Part shown: one piece after another, positions 29,638 through 39,530 of the stretch
How the letters are laid out: every line of letters starts with the position of its first letter
Position numbering within the stretch: position 1 is the first letter of the stretch
Translations under genes and position numbers: made by a program
The notes under the pieces: model-generated
Seen by the model: only the letters and a program-made list of their open reading frames with translations
Told to the model about the DNA's origin: nothing
The model's database searches: none
Source: Candidatus Thorarchaeota archaeon
Lineage (GTDB): Archaea; Asgardarchaeota; Thorarchaeia; Thorarchaeales; Thorarchaeaceae
Length of the DNA stretch: 64,000 nucleotides
Reading direction: 5' to 3'
Assembly: GCA_029855935.1 (NCBI GenBank)
Contig: JAGSHN010000004.1
Coordinates: 118,022-182,021, forward strand

Positions 29638-32301
29638 GTGACAGCTGCCTCAGGAGTTCGGTTGGGTGCCGTAGGAGTCCTTGCAGTTCTTGCAGTGGCC
29701 GTCTGCGCTGCCGCATTCAGCTTCGAATTCTACTATTTTGAAACCGATAAGCAGGTCTACGAGGTTGGCGAAACTGTACATATGACTGCAAAGATGACAG
29801 CTGACTTTGACGACGGTGGTTGGTGTTACGTTTCGTTTTCGGTGGTGTTGAACGAAACAAGTGTGCACCAAGACGGATTCTATCTCCGCCCCTCGCCTCT
29901 TCCCCAGTATCCGTCGTCCACCTTCCTAATCACCCCGGAAAGCGTTCATCCAGGCGAGAATGGGCTGTCGGGATTTGCGATCTTTGACTACGACTTCTAC
30001 GACCCCAGATACTCGGAGGCATCTTCCGTATCCATAGAAATCAACGTGACGAGAGGTCATCTGGAGGCTGTGCCCTTAGAGCCTCTCGAGGCCAAGACAG
30101 GTGCCAACGTCAGCTTCTCGTTTCGGGTGACGAGCATTCACACCGAGCAGGTGGTCATGAAGGATGAAGCTGTTTACATGAGTATAGCCAATGGTTCTGA
30201 CACTCTTCTAGAATCGCAGGTGCAGTCAGACAGTGAGGGTGTGGCCACGTTTCCAATCTCGACAACCGGATTCTTGCCCGGACAGTATGATCTGACAATA
30301 GCGACAAATGGAACGAGTGCGTTTCTTCCGCTAGAGCAGAGATTCGTTCTGAATATCACCCCACAGCATTCGCGCATTGACACCACGTACTCACCGTCGT
30401 GGGCGTACTGTAGGAGCCCAACTGGAGAATACCAAAACGTGACGGTCAGAGTCAAACACTCGGACGACACAGGAAACCCGATAACGAAGAGCAATGTGAC
30501 GTGGTCGCTCGGCAACTATACGGGCGTTCTCTTTGAGTCGCCGATAGGGGAGTACTCTGCACAAATACCTGTTCTTCTGTCTCCGGGTGACTACCAAATT
30601 ACGATACAGGCAACGAACCCATTGTTCGAAACTGTGTCAGAGAACCTTTCACTTCGAGTCGACGCCAGACCACTCGCCTCTAACTGGATTGTGCGGAACA
30701 AAACCCCCGTAGCAGGCGAAATCATGTCATTTGCGGTCTGTGTGGCTGACAACCTATCCGGAAAAGGAGTCGGCTCAGCGTTGGTTTCATTTAGCATTCA
30801 TGACCTCGCGGGGCAGACAGTATTCTGCAATGGGACTACCAATTCTACTGGGTGGATGGTTGGTTCAATCGTGCTTCCAAGTGACACGTGGGGAAGAGTA
30901 GCGGCATTGCTTGTCATCGAGCCTACAGAGTACTTCCGCTCTATTCAGAAAAACGTGACGCTCGACATATGGTATCGCCCCAGTCTTGTGACAAACCATT
31001 CGCTCAGAGCAGTCGTCGGGTATGATACCAACTTCTCCTGCCTTGTTGCAGATCCTCTTGGCAGGCCAATCAGTGGGGTGTCCATCACGGTCTATAATGC
31101 GAGCATGGTGGCGGTTGGTTCGGGAACGACTAACGAACAGGGGATAGCAAAGCTGAGCTTTTTCGTTCCACACCCGCTCAGCACCAGTATCAAGATGAGC
31201 GTAGGTATTGGCTATGTGGATAGTCTCTGGATAGCTCCCACGAAAGAGAACATCTCAGTCGATGTGCTAACTCCAGTCAACATCTTGATTCAAAACGCGT
31301 GTGCTGGGGTACGCGGAGAAAATGCAACGATACGATTTCATATCGACTCGGAGTGGTTGAACAAAGGGGTGGTTTCGTTGCTAGTCACCGGACCAAGCAC
31401 AAATCAGTCAGTATCTCTCTTTGCAACACTAGGCACGAACGTTTCTATCGACATTCCAATCAACAGCTCTCTCCCCGTCGGAGTTCATCCACTCAGAATT
31501 ACCACGACAAACGCAACACTTGAGGTCCTTGGCAATAACGTCGTTCCACTCGTCGTGAGAGGATTGTTGACCGTGACTCCCACCGCAACTCTATCATTCT
31601 TCGGCGAGCCTCTGATACTCGATGTCCAAGTTGTGGATGACCTTGGCACACCGCTCGCAATGGCCAACTTGAGTATCCTTCTTGATGAGCAGGAAACAGT
31701 ACCATGGTGGACCAGCGAAGTTTCGCTCCTTGCCCCCATAGAGGGGCCAATACTAAACACTACACCGGGCCTTCATACGATGATCCTCGTGGTCAATGTG
31801 ACAAACTACTCCACGGTGAATGTATCTCTAAGTCTGTTCGTATGGATACGGGTCAACATGGTGTTCGATGTTTCGCGGATGGCGGCTAGTAGTACAGGAC
31901 AGACACAAACTGCTCACTCAAGTTCTTCAATTCTGTCAAGTATCTCACCGGGTTCGATAAGCCGACCCCCACCAACCTTGGTCAACGTTGCAACCTCAAC
32001 AACGCCTCTCACGGCGTGCTCTACAGCCCATACGAGCTGTCCCAGGCTCAGTTCCGGCACCAAGATCCTATCAACCGATTTGGCAAATGACAGCAAGGCC
32101 TCATCAGGAAATGGCCACAAAGTTCGCAGTCTGAATGACCTCACGGTACTGGGGGACATCTGGACCACCTCTTCGACGCTTCTAGCGGTGCTACCAAAGG
32201 AAACAATGCCCCACTGTGCTCTCTTGGGGCCCGTGACAACTGGCCCGGGAAACAGATGTTTGTGCAATGACACCTTTTCGTCCAGACGTCGCACCAGATA
32301 A
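29638..32301 (+). CDS. Large secreted protein with Ig-like repeats
   Basis: Signal peptide, TDKQVYEVGE (MG2-like), repeated T..G motifs, many N-x-S/T sequons; 3' 388 nt overlap korA antisense. Confidence 0.7.
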   Translation: MTAASGVRLGAVGVLAVLAVAVCAAAFSFEFYYFETDKQVYEVGETVHMTAKMTADFDDGGWCYVSFSVVLNETSVHQDGFYLRPSPLPQYPSSTFLITPESVHPGENGLSGFAIFDYDFYDPRYSEASSVSIEINVTRGHLEAVPLEPLEAKTGANVSFSFRVTSIHTEQVVMKDEAVYMSIANGSDTLLESQVQSDSEGVATFPISTTGFLPGQYDLTIATNGTSAFLPLEQRFVLNITPQHSRIDTTYSPSWAYCRSPTGEYQNVTVRVKHSDDTGNPITKSNVTWSLGNYTGVLFESPIGEYSAQIPVLLSPGDYQITIQATNPLFETVSENLSLRVDARPLASNWIVRNKTPVAGEIMSFAVCVADNLSGKGVGSALVSFSIHDLAGQTVFCNGTTNSTGWMVGSIVLPSDTWGRVAALLVIEPTEYFRSIQKNVTLDIWYRPSLVTNHSLRAVVGYDTNFSCLVADPLGRPISGVSITVYNASMVAVGSGTTNEQGIAKLSFFVPHPLSTSIKMSVGIGYVDSLWIAPTKENISVDVLTPVNILIQNACAGVRGENATIRFHIDSEWLNKGVVSLLVTGPSTNQSVSLFATLGTNVSIDIPINSSLPVGVHPLRITTTNATLEVLGNNVVPLVVRGLLTVTPTATLSFFGEPLILDVQVVDDLGTPLAMANLSILLDEQETVPWWTSEVSLLAPIEGPILNTTPGLHTMILVVNVTNYSTVNVSLSLFVWIRVNMVFDVSRMAASSTGQTQTAHSSSSILSSISPGSISRPPPTLVNVATSTTPLTACSTAHTSCPRLSSGTKILSTDLANDSKASSGNGHKVRSLNDLTVLGDIWTTSSTLLAVLPKETMPHCALLGPVTTGPGNRCLCNDTFSSRRRTR

Positions 32302-33047
32302 TCATGGACTGATGCGTCAGAGGTCTTCCTGAACCCCCTATCGTCATGCGTCGAGCCCGTGATCAGTAGGTTGTGTCCATCACCAAAACGCGGCATTATT
32401 GCCCAGTCGTTATCCCAACCGTTGTACGGGGGCTCTCCCCCTCGGGCAAATCTTCGACAAACGGTGTAGTCCCTGCTGTGATCCACTACGACTCGTTCGC
32501 GAGAGTGAGCGACTATTTCATCCGACAGGAGAACAACAGGATGTCTAAGCTGCTCTGCAATCTCGAAACCTCGAATAGTCAGCTCGAATGTTTCTTGAGC
32601 AGAGTATGGCGCCAACACTATGCTCTGATGGTCACCGTGTGTTCCCCATCTAGCCTGCATGAAGTCACCTTGAGCGGCCTTTGTTGCCTGCCCAGTGCTG
32701 GGACCTGTCCTCTGAACATCGACGATAAGGCAAGGGGTTTCTGTCATTATTGCATACCCAATGTTCTCTTGCATCAGACTAAAGCCGGGCCCTGACGTTG
32801 CGGTCATAGAGAGAGCACCGCCCCATGATGCGCCAATTACGGCTGCAACGGCGGATAGCTCGTCTTCCATCTGAATATAGGTTCCCCCTAACTTGGGCAA
32901 GCGCTGAGCCATCATCTCAGCAATTTCGGATGCGGGAGTGATGGGGTAGCCTGCGAAGAAGCGACAGCCAGCCGCAATAGCTCCTTCTGCACAGGCTTGA
33001 TTTCCCTGCCAGAAGTGGACATGGGTCGATTCCTGTAATGGTGTCAT
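31914..33047 (-). CDS. korA: 2-oxoacid:ferredoxin oxidoreductase alpha subunit
   Basis: GNQACAEGA, GYPITPASE, QMEDE, TATSGPGFSLM, QR.GPSTG. Confidence 0.9.
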   Translation of the reverse strand: MTPLQESTHVHFWQGNQACAEGAIAAGCRFFAGYPITPASEIAEMMAQRLPKLGGTYIQMEDELSAVAAVIGASWGGALSMTATSGPGFSLMQENIGYAIMTETPCLIVDVQRTGPSTGQATKAAQGDFMQARWGTHGDHQSIVLAPYSAQETFELTIRGFEIAEQLRHPVVLLSDEIVAHSRERVVVDHSRDYTVCRRFARGGEPPYNGWDNDWAIMPRFGDGHNLLITGSTHDDRGFRKTSDASVHDYLVRRLDEKVSLHKHLFPGPVVTGPKRAQWGIVSFGSTARSVEEVVQMSPSTVRSFRLRTLWPFPDEALLSFAKSVDRILVPELSLGQLVWAVEHAVRGVVEVATLTKVGGGRLIEPGEILDRIEELE

Positions 33048-33231
33048 ACGCCGTCGTAGCTTCGGAAGGGGCCAGCTAGATAAGCATTGGGATGGTGACC
33101 CTATTTGATGGTGTATCCTTCCACTGCAGCCTCTGACAAGGTGGAAGACTTAAAACTGAGATTCGGGCCGGGCAGTCTATCAGTCACCCTACAGGATAGG
33201 TCCGGTGCGGTGCTGTTGGAGGTACGCCCCG

Positions 33232-34539
33232 TTGAACAAAGTTGGTATCCGGCAGGAAGAGAAGGCTTTTGAAACAAGGGCGCCCCTTATTCCTAGTCAC
33301 GTCCGACAACTGCGAGAACAGTACGGGATACATTTTGTGGTGGAGCCAAGTCAGCAGCGGGCGTTTGGTGCCGAGCAGTATGAAACCGCGGGCGCGGAGA
33401 TTGGTGAACTAAAGGGATCTGACGTCGGTGTCATTCTTGGCATAAAAGAGATGCCCGTTGACTTCTTTGAGGGAGGAAAAGTATACGCGTTCTTCAGCCA
33501 TACCGTCAAAGGACAAGAACATAATATGGCGATGCTGAAAAGAATCCTAGAGGTTGGTGCCACTCTTCTTGACTACGAGCGAATTGTCGATGAAACAGGG
33601 CGCAGACTGGTCTACTTTGGCAATTGGGCTGGCTTTGCAGGTATGTCGGATACGTTACGTGTGTTAGGGCAGCGTCTTGATTACGAGGGTCTCGAGCCTA
33701 ATCCTTTCAGAAACATAAAGCCGACACTAGAATGTGGGAATCTGGAGGAACTCCGCACCGAGATGAAGAAGCTTGGAGAACGAATCTCGCAAGAGGGCAT
33801 ACCAGATGAGTTAAGCCCCTTCATAGTCGGGTTCGCTGGTTATGGGAATGTTTCGCGTGGCGCACAGGAGATTTTTGACATTCTACCTCACAAAGAGATA
33901 GATCCGAGCGAGCTCGGTCAAGCGGAGCCCTCTCCTACGACCCTCTACAAGTGCGTGTTCAAGGAGGAGCACATGGTCGAGCCGATTGAGAGGGGCCACA
34001 TTTTTGACCTCCAAGAATACTATAGGTATGGAACCCTTCGATACCGAGGGGTATTCGAGAGATACATACCGTATCTGACAGTTCTAATGAACTGTATCTA
34101 CTGGTCGGACAAGTATCCGAGACTCCTGACCAAGGAGTACATTCGTGACCATTGGCAATCACCCAACCGTAGGCTGAGAGTCATAGGAGACATTTCCTGC
34201 GACATCGAGGGCGCTATAGAGATGACTGTGATGGCCACGAAGCCCGACAATCCAGCATTCACTTACATTGTTTCTGAGGATCGGGTTCAGTTAGGAGTGG
34301 CCGGGGATGGTCCGGTAATCATAGCGGTCGATAATCTCCCTTGTGAACTTCCAAGGGAGTCATCTGCCTCATTTAGTCAGTCATTGAAACCGTTCATACC
34401 ACACCTTGCGGAAACAGACTTCTCGGTGACATTCGAGAGTCTTGACCTCCCACGTGCTCTAAAGAACGCCATAGTAGTGTTCCGTGGGGAGCTGACAGAG
34501 GCATATCGCTATCTTGACAAGTATGTTTCAAGGAAGTGA
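33232..34539 (+). CDS. Lysine-2-oxoglutarate reductase / saccharopine dehydrogenase (Lys-forming)-like
   Basis: GIRQE...E.RAPLIP, GIKE, FFSHT.KGQ..NM, DYE, G.GNVS.GA, GDISCD, VDNLP.ELP. Confidence 0.85.
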   Translation: MNKVGIRQEEKAFETRAPLIPSHVRQLREQYGIHFVVEPSQQRAFGAEQYETAGAEIGELKGSDVGVILGIKEMPVDFFEGGKVYAFFSHTVKGQEHNMAMLKRILEVGATLLDYERIVDETGRRLVYFGNWAGFAGMSDTLRVLGQRLDYEGLEPNPFRNIKPTLECGNLEELRTEMKKLGERISQEGIPDELSPFIVGFAGYGNVSRGAQEIFDILPHKEIDPSELGQAEPSPTTLYKCVFKEEHMVEPIERGHIFDLQEYYRYGTLRYRGVFERYIPYLTVLMNCIYWSDKYPRLLTKEYIRDHWQSPNRRLRVIGDISCDIEGAIEMTVMATKPDNPAFTYIVSEDRVQLGVAGDGPVIIAVDNLPCELPRESSASFSQSLKPFIPHLAETDFSVTFESLDLPRALKNAIVVFRGELTEAYRYLDKYVSRK

Positions 34540-35867
34540 ATCAAATGAAGAGAGTGTTGTGCTTGGGCGCAGGTCTCGTAGCAAGACCATATGTGCAGTA
34601 TCTGTCGGACAAGGGACATCATGTTGTTGTTGCCAGCAGAACTCTGAAGAAGGCGGAACGTCTTATCGAGGGGTGCGACAATACCGAGGCTGTGACCTTT
34701 GATATAGAGAAGGATGACGAGCTACTGAGGAGGCTGACACGGGAGGCCGACCTTGTCTGCTCCCTTCTTCCATATACGTACCACGTTAAGGCTGCTCGGG
34801 CCGCCGTAGATGAGGGGAAACACTTCTGCACCACGTCGTACATCTCGGACCAAATGAAACAACTCGATACAGATGCTAAGAAGGCAGGTATCCTGCTCCT
34901 CAACGAGTGTGGGGTGGATCCTGGGATTGACCATATGAGCGCCAAGAAAATTATTGATAACGTGCATGCTCAGGGAGGGGAAATAGTGAGCTTCACATCC
35001 TTCACGGGCGGGCTTCCCGCTCCAGAGGCGAATACCAATCCGCTCGGATACAAGTTGTCGTGGAGCCCTCGAGGCGTCTTGCTGGCTGGTAGAAATGATG
35101 CACACTTCCTGAGGGACGGAAAAGAGGTACGGATACCTGGAAAGGAGCTTTTTGCTAATTGCGAAACAATAGAGGTTCCGGGCATGGGAGAGTTCGAGGG
35201 GTATCCTAATCGAGATAGCATAGCATACATCGCTATCTATGACATACCGGAAACAAGGACCATGCTCAGGGGAACTCTGCGCTACAAGGGCTGGTGCTCT
35301 CTAATGAAGAGCATCGCGGACCTGGGCCTACTCGACTTACAAACAAGAAACCTTTCAGGATACACATACAAGGACATAATGCTCGAACTTGCTGGACGCC
35401 GAAACAGAGATGCAAAAGCTGCTGTTTCAGAGGCCTTGGGATTGAGCCTTGAAGACTCAGTGATAGAGAAGCTTGAGTGGCTGGGACTGTTTGAAAACAC
35501 CCCTGTCCCAGAGGGCATAGACACCTACCTAGACGTCCTATGTCATCTGTTCGAACAGAAACTACAGTACGGGCCGCAGGAGCGGGATATGATAGTGATG
35601 CATCACGAGTTCTTGGCCAAATACGATGACCGGGTGGAGATGATCACATCTACTCTCGTGGACTATGGAATTCCAGGCGGCGACACATCGATGTCACGGA
35701 CAGTCGCGTTGCCGGTAGCTATAGCGTCGAGATTGATTCTTGAGGGGAAAATCTCGCTGGCTGGCGTCCATCGGCCCACAATGCCTGAGCTCTACGAGCC
35801 CATTCTTCAGGAGCTGGAGTCTCTTGGGATTAAGTTTTGTGAGAGGAAGAATACAGTGACAAGCTGA
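34536..35867 (+). CDS. Saccharopine dehydrogenase (Glu-forming, LYS9-like)
   Basis: LGAGLVA, SLLPY..H, NECGVDPGIDHM, GGLPAP, YKLSWSPRG, YPNRDS, RGTLRY, M..TV..P. Confidence 0.9.
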   Translation: MNQMKRVLCLGAGLVARPYVQYLSDKGHHVVVASRTLKKAERLIEGCDNTEAVTFDIEKDDELLRRLTREADLVCSLLPYTYHVKAARAAVDEGKHFCTTSYISDQMKQLDTDAKKAGILLLNECGVDPGIDHMSAKKIIDNVHAQGGEIVSFTSFTGGLPAPEANTNPLGYKLSWSPRGVLLAGRNDAHFLRDGKEVRIPGKELFANCETIEVPGMGEFEGYPNRDSIAYIAIYDIPETRTMLRGTLRYKGWCSLMKSIADLGLLDLQTRNLSGYTYKDIMLELAGRRNRDAKAAVSEALGLSLEDSVIEKLEWLGLFENTPVPEGIDTYLDVLCHLFEQKLQYGPQERDMIVMHHEFLAKYDDRVEMITSTLVDYGIPGGDTSMSRTVALPVAIASRLILEGKISLAGVHRPTMPELYEPILQELESLGIKFCERKNTVTS

Positions 35868-35924
35868 GGGGACCGAAATCCTTCCAACCCCGACGTGTAG
35901 TAAGAGCTGTCACGACCAGCACGG

Positions 35925-36539
35925 TCATATCTTGACCTGAGCGGCTGATAGTATTGCCTCTGCTCGTTCGACCTCTCTCTGCACTTCAGGCAGCTCTATC
36001 TTTAGCCGGTAGGTGTAGCGCGATCTATTGCCGAATCTCTCAAGATGGCCCTTGCCGTTGTTCCACATCCTTGAGAGATAGGTAGATGCGGTGCTCTTAG
36101 GTAGCGGCTCCTCAAAGGTTGCCTCGTAAATCTCAACGACGTCTAGGGACGAAAACTTGCCGTGCTTGAAGGATGCATATATCACTAGCTGCATCTTTTC
36201 AAAACTGCTCAAATCTTGAATCTCGTAGATGGAAGACTCTGTGGACTCGGCCTTCTGACCAGTGCTTACACTAATGCCAGTTGTAGTCTCTAGAAAGACC
36301 CTGAACTTCTCAAGAGTCTTTTCAACGTCGTCATCCACTTGATAACTGGACTCTTCTTTTGTTGCTTCGTTGCGAACAACGAGCTTGAATGCGAATGGAG
36401 AGTTTGTAAGAGAGAGAATACGTCTGAACCTTTTCAGAGCCTCTGCGGGGTCCACGTACTTACATTCGAAGACCTCACGGCGACCAGGACCAGAGCTATA
36501 GGTGAACTGGTACGTGAAGTTAGTTCGATCCGTCGTCAT
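35925..36539 (-). CDS. Hypothetical protein with C-terminal winged-helix domain
   Basis: FSSLDVVEIYE..F.EPLPKSTASTYLSRM...G.LER.G.R..Y.YRL. Confidence 0.65.
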   Translation of the reverse strand: MTTDRTNFTYQFTYSSGPGRREVFECKYVDPAEALKRFRRILSLTNSPFAFKLVVRNEATKEESSYQVDDDVEKTLEKFRVFLETTTGISVSTGQKAESTESSIYEIQDLSSFEKMQLVIYASFKHGKFSSLDVVEIYEATFEEPLPKSTASTYLSRMWNNGKGHLERFGNRSRYTYRLKIELPEVQREVERAEAILSAAQVKI

Positions 36540-36830
36540 AGACAGTTCCGTCCTGGCCGACTCTGGTATGTTCACATTCACATTCTCAAATAAGTGTGAG
36601 TATGTGAATGAGCCATATGTCCATAACGCCCGGATAATCCCAAAGATGACCCTCATCCCGGAGCCTCAGTCAGCAATCGGGAATAAACACGTCTAAACTC
36701 TCTATGTCGGACCTCGCTGGCGGATATCGCCGATTAGTAGCCGTAGAGGGCATACTCCAAGTTATAGTGAATTCACACTCCAGATATGGCTGTGAATAGC
36801 TCACGACCAGGTTAGATGTCTTGTTTCTCT

Positions 36831-36852
36831 GTTCCAGTGGAAACGAAGGGGT
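36831..36852 (+). promoter_or_regulatory. Origin recognition box (ORB)-like element
   Basis: GTTCCAGTGGAAACGAAGGGGT closely matches the archaeal ORB consensus TTCCAGTGGAAAC..GGGG. Confidence 0.7.
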
Positions 36853-36953
36853 GGCCCTATTCACGCCACACTGGGTTCTTCATCACGTCCTATCTGCGAT
36901 TCTGCGTTCTATGAAGACTATTTTGTGTAGGATATTCACACAAACCGCGCCAT

Positions 36954-37976
36954 TCACAACGTCGCATTGCGAATTGTGTGAGGGAGCATATAGTCTGAGG
37001 GACTATTGCCCATTACCACCCATAGCTCCTCGCTTTCAGTGCGGGTATCGTATACTCTCTCAAGTGTACCTCTGACCTGTACCACTTCTCCTTCCACGGC
37101 ATGTTCACAAAATCGTCCCCTATAGCTTACAAGCCGTGAAACTGGTGGGCCCGAAACAGTGGTGACTCTGTACTCGCATGGGGTGAAAAGGGCGTTACTC
37201 GCGTCATCGATGATGCATTGGACTATTACCGTACAGACGGGGGTGTAGATGAGGTCACCAAATGACGATCCCACGTCGCTTGTGTGCATCACAGCTCTGA
37301 TGTAGACCTCAGTATTTCCGAAGTGCCCCTGAAACTTCTTTCTTTCCTCGATGGGAACAAGTTTCTCCCTAAGAAACTGTGGGAGGCGGCTCCAACGAAA
37401 TCTCACGTGCTCTCTGAGTTGCTGACCGCTGTAGGGCCGCAGAACGTTCCCCGCTGACGTGTCTGCCAAGAAGTTGTGAAGTTCTACGGCAGACCGACGC
37501 CCGTATACAACAATGTCGATGTCGGACTGGTCCGTGCTTAGACCTGTAAGCAGAGAACCAGTTATCCCAAGGTCGTCCCAATCGAGATTGGTTGACTCAA
37601 CGATGAGTTGGCACAAGCGCACTGCGTTTCGGAGAATGGCACTTGACGGACCCTTAAGCCGTGCCAGGTTCAGGCATCTGACAGGATCAAGAATCCGCTT
37701 GACATCTTGGACCCTTACTGACTGCAGGACACGATGGTGAACGGGGCTGTACCACAAATATGAACGGCAGTACGTTTCGAGGAAGTGTATCTTTTGGGCC
37801 AAGTCTGCTATCTTTGTGTAGTGTTGCCCTGTCGATGATACTCGCGAACCCGAATCTCTTGGAATGTAGCGCAGATATGCGATGATTCGGCTTGGCGGAT
37901 GTCTGATCCCTTTGACCTCAAACACAAGGTCGTCATTCGTCCAGACGAACTGCCCTTCCAAATACAACTGAAACAC
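36954..37976 (-). CDS. Predicted nucleotidyltransferase (COG1665-like)
   Basis: FEVKG..HP..IAYLRY, GITGSLL.G....SDIDIVVYG, SYRGRF. Confidence 0.8.
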   Translation of the reverse strand: MFQLYLEGQFVWTNDDLVFEVKGIRHPPSRIIAYLRYIPRDSGSRVSSTGQHYTKIADLAQKIHFLETYCRSYLWYSPVHHRVLQSVRVQDVKRILDPVRCLNLARLKGPSSAILRNAVRLCQLIVESTNLDWDDLGITGSLLTGLSTDQSDIDIVVYGRRSAVELHNFLADTSAGNVLRPYSGQQLREHVRFRWSRLPQFLREKLVPIEERKKFQGHFGNTEVYIRAVMHTSDVGSSFGDLIYTPVCTVIVQCIIDDASNALFTPCEYRVTTVSGPPVSRLVSYRGRFCEHAVEGEVVQVRGTLERVYDTRTESEELWVVMGNSPSDYMLPHTIRNATL

Positions 37977-38303
37977 AATCCAGAGCGTGTACCGAATGAA
38001 TGTATAGATTATTGTCTTTGGACGCCCGTGCGTTGTTGAGCTCCGTAGAGTTCTTCATAGGTACTTGGGCCGCTACTGCACTATGTAAACCAGATGCGAC
38101 TATTCTCACGGGCTATCTCATAATCACGCATAGCGGCTTCCTCAAATGATGCTGTACTCCGGGAAACACGATCCGGCTTTCTCTGCGATCGGCTAGTCCA
38201 GAGTCACTAGGGCCGTGAGCCCCCCAAATGTGCTCTCAGGACGGTGCGAAGTGAGCTCGATCCGCCCATAGAGTAAAATAGTCTCGACGTCACGACGCTC
38301 CCG

Positions 38304-39530
38304 ATGTCGTTGATCGACCCGAGTGTCCGGAGTGACTTTACAATCCTGAGAAGCAGTCCTGAGCTAGTCTTTCTCGATTCAGTTAGTACTACTTTAGTCC
38401 CCTCAGTGGTTTCACAGGCGACGCACATTTTTCTCGAGGAAATAGTGGTTTCGTCCAGGAGGGGTGCCTACTCGCTTGCGGTACGCGGGAACGAGGTTGT
38501 CGAGGCAACAAGGAAGGAGATGGCTGAGCATATACGTTGTAGTCCTAGGGAGATCTCGTTTCAGTCAACCATCAGTCAAGCACTGCTTTCAATACTGTTT
38601 GGTGATGGGTGGCAACGAGGAAGGGACGCCGAAATAGTCATAGTGGAAAACGTTCCCAATGATGTGTTGGGTCCTGTATTAGCCGTATCACAGTCCCGTG
38701 GTATTCCCGTTAGGAGCATTCCATTCCATGGTGACTACACTGACGTGGTTGACAGGCTTCAGTCTGTTGTGGGTAATCGGACGTCGATGGTGATTGCAAG
38801 TATTGTTCCCATGGGCTTTGGTGTGCTGGCTCCGACTCAGGACATTGCTAGGATTGTCCATGAGCATAATTCACTGTTCCTAGCGGAGGCTGTCGGCGAT
38901 ATTGGACTCTCGGTGTTCAGTAGTACGAGTGAAGGGAGCAAACCGGATATCGTATTGACCTCTGCGAACACTGTATTCTTTGCGCCTCCGGGCCTAGTTG
39001 TGCAGTGGAGTAACGCTCGGACAACTGGAAACCTAAGACCAGCATTGATCGGCAGTTCCTCCATAGCTGATATTGAGGGCAGATCTATCAACCTTGCGAA
39101 CCAGCCAGATCGTTTCGAAACGGGTATACTTAACGTGCCTGCGATAGCGGGACTCCGAGAAGGAGTTCGGTATGCGGAACGATTCGGCAGGGAGAGGATT
39201 CACCAACACATCATCAAGCTCGCATCCGAGATTGAGCGGGGGCTCCGCGAGATTGATAGTGTGCGAGTATATGGGCCAGGAGGACAGGAGCGAACCTTGG
39301 TTGGATTTAATCTAGATGATCGTTTTGGGGTTGGCTGTCATGATGTCGCGCTCTTCCTAGAACAGGCAGGGATAGCGGTACGTAGTGGACTTCTGTGTGC
39401 GCACTCGCTGATACGTGCTCTTGCCCGAGACGGGGTAGTACAGGTGTCGCCGCATGTCTATAATTCAAGAGAGGATATTTCGAGATTCCTTGAAGTCGTG
39501 GCGGAGATAGGTTCAGCGCTCGCTGTGTGA
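38304..39530 (+). CDS. SufS/cysteine desulfurase-like class V aminotransferase fold, degenerate PLP site
   Basis: VFLDS..TT, RFETG..NV, HDVA..L...GIAVRSG..CAH, S...YN; the SxHK lysine motif reads SANT. Confidence 0.75.
   Translation: MSLIDPSVRSDFTILRSSPELVFLDSVSTTLVPSVVSQATHIFLEEIVVSSRRGAYSLAVRGNEVVEATRKEMAEHIRCSPREISFQSTISQALLSILFGDGWQRGRDAEIVIVENVPNDVLGPVLAVSQSRGIPVRSIPFHGDYTDVVDRLQSVVGNRTSMVIASIVPMGFGVLAPTQDIARIVHEHNSLFLAEAVGDIGLSVFSSTSEGSKPDIVLTSANTVFFAPPGLVVQWSNARTTGNLRPALIGSSSIADIEGRSINLANQPDRFETGILNVPAIAGLREGVRYAERFGRERIHQHIIKLASEIERGLREIDSVRVYGPGGQERTLVGFNLDDRFGVGCHDVALFLEQAGIAVRSGLLCAHSLIRALARDGVVQVSPHVYNSREDISRFLEVVAEIGSALAV

Noticed and set aside
37977-38303. Intergenic gap considered for SRP or RNase P RNA
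   Set aside because: No SRP helix-8 or RNase P P4 signature recognised on either strand.
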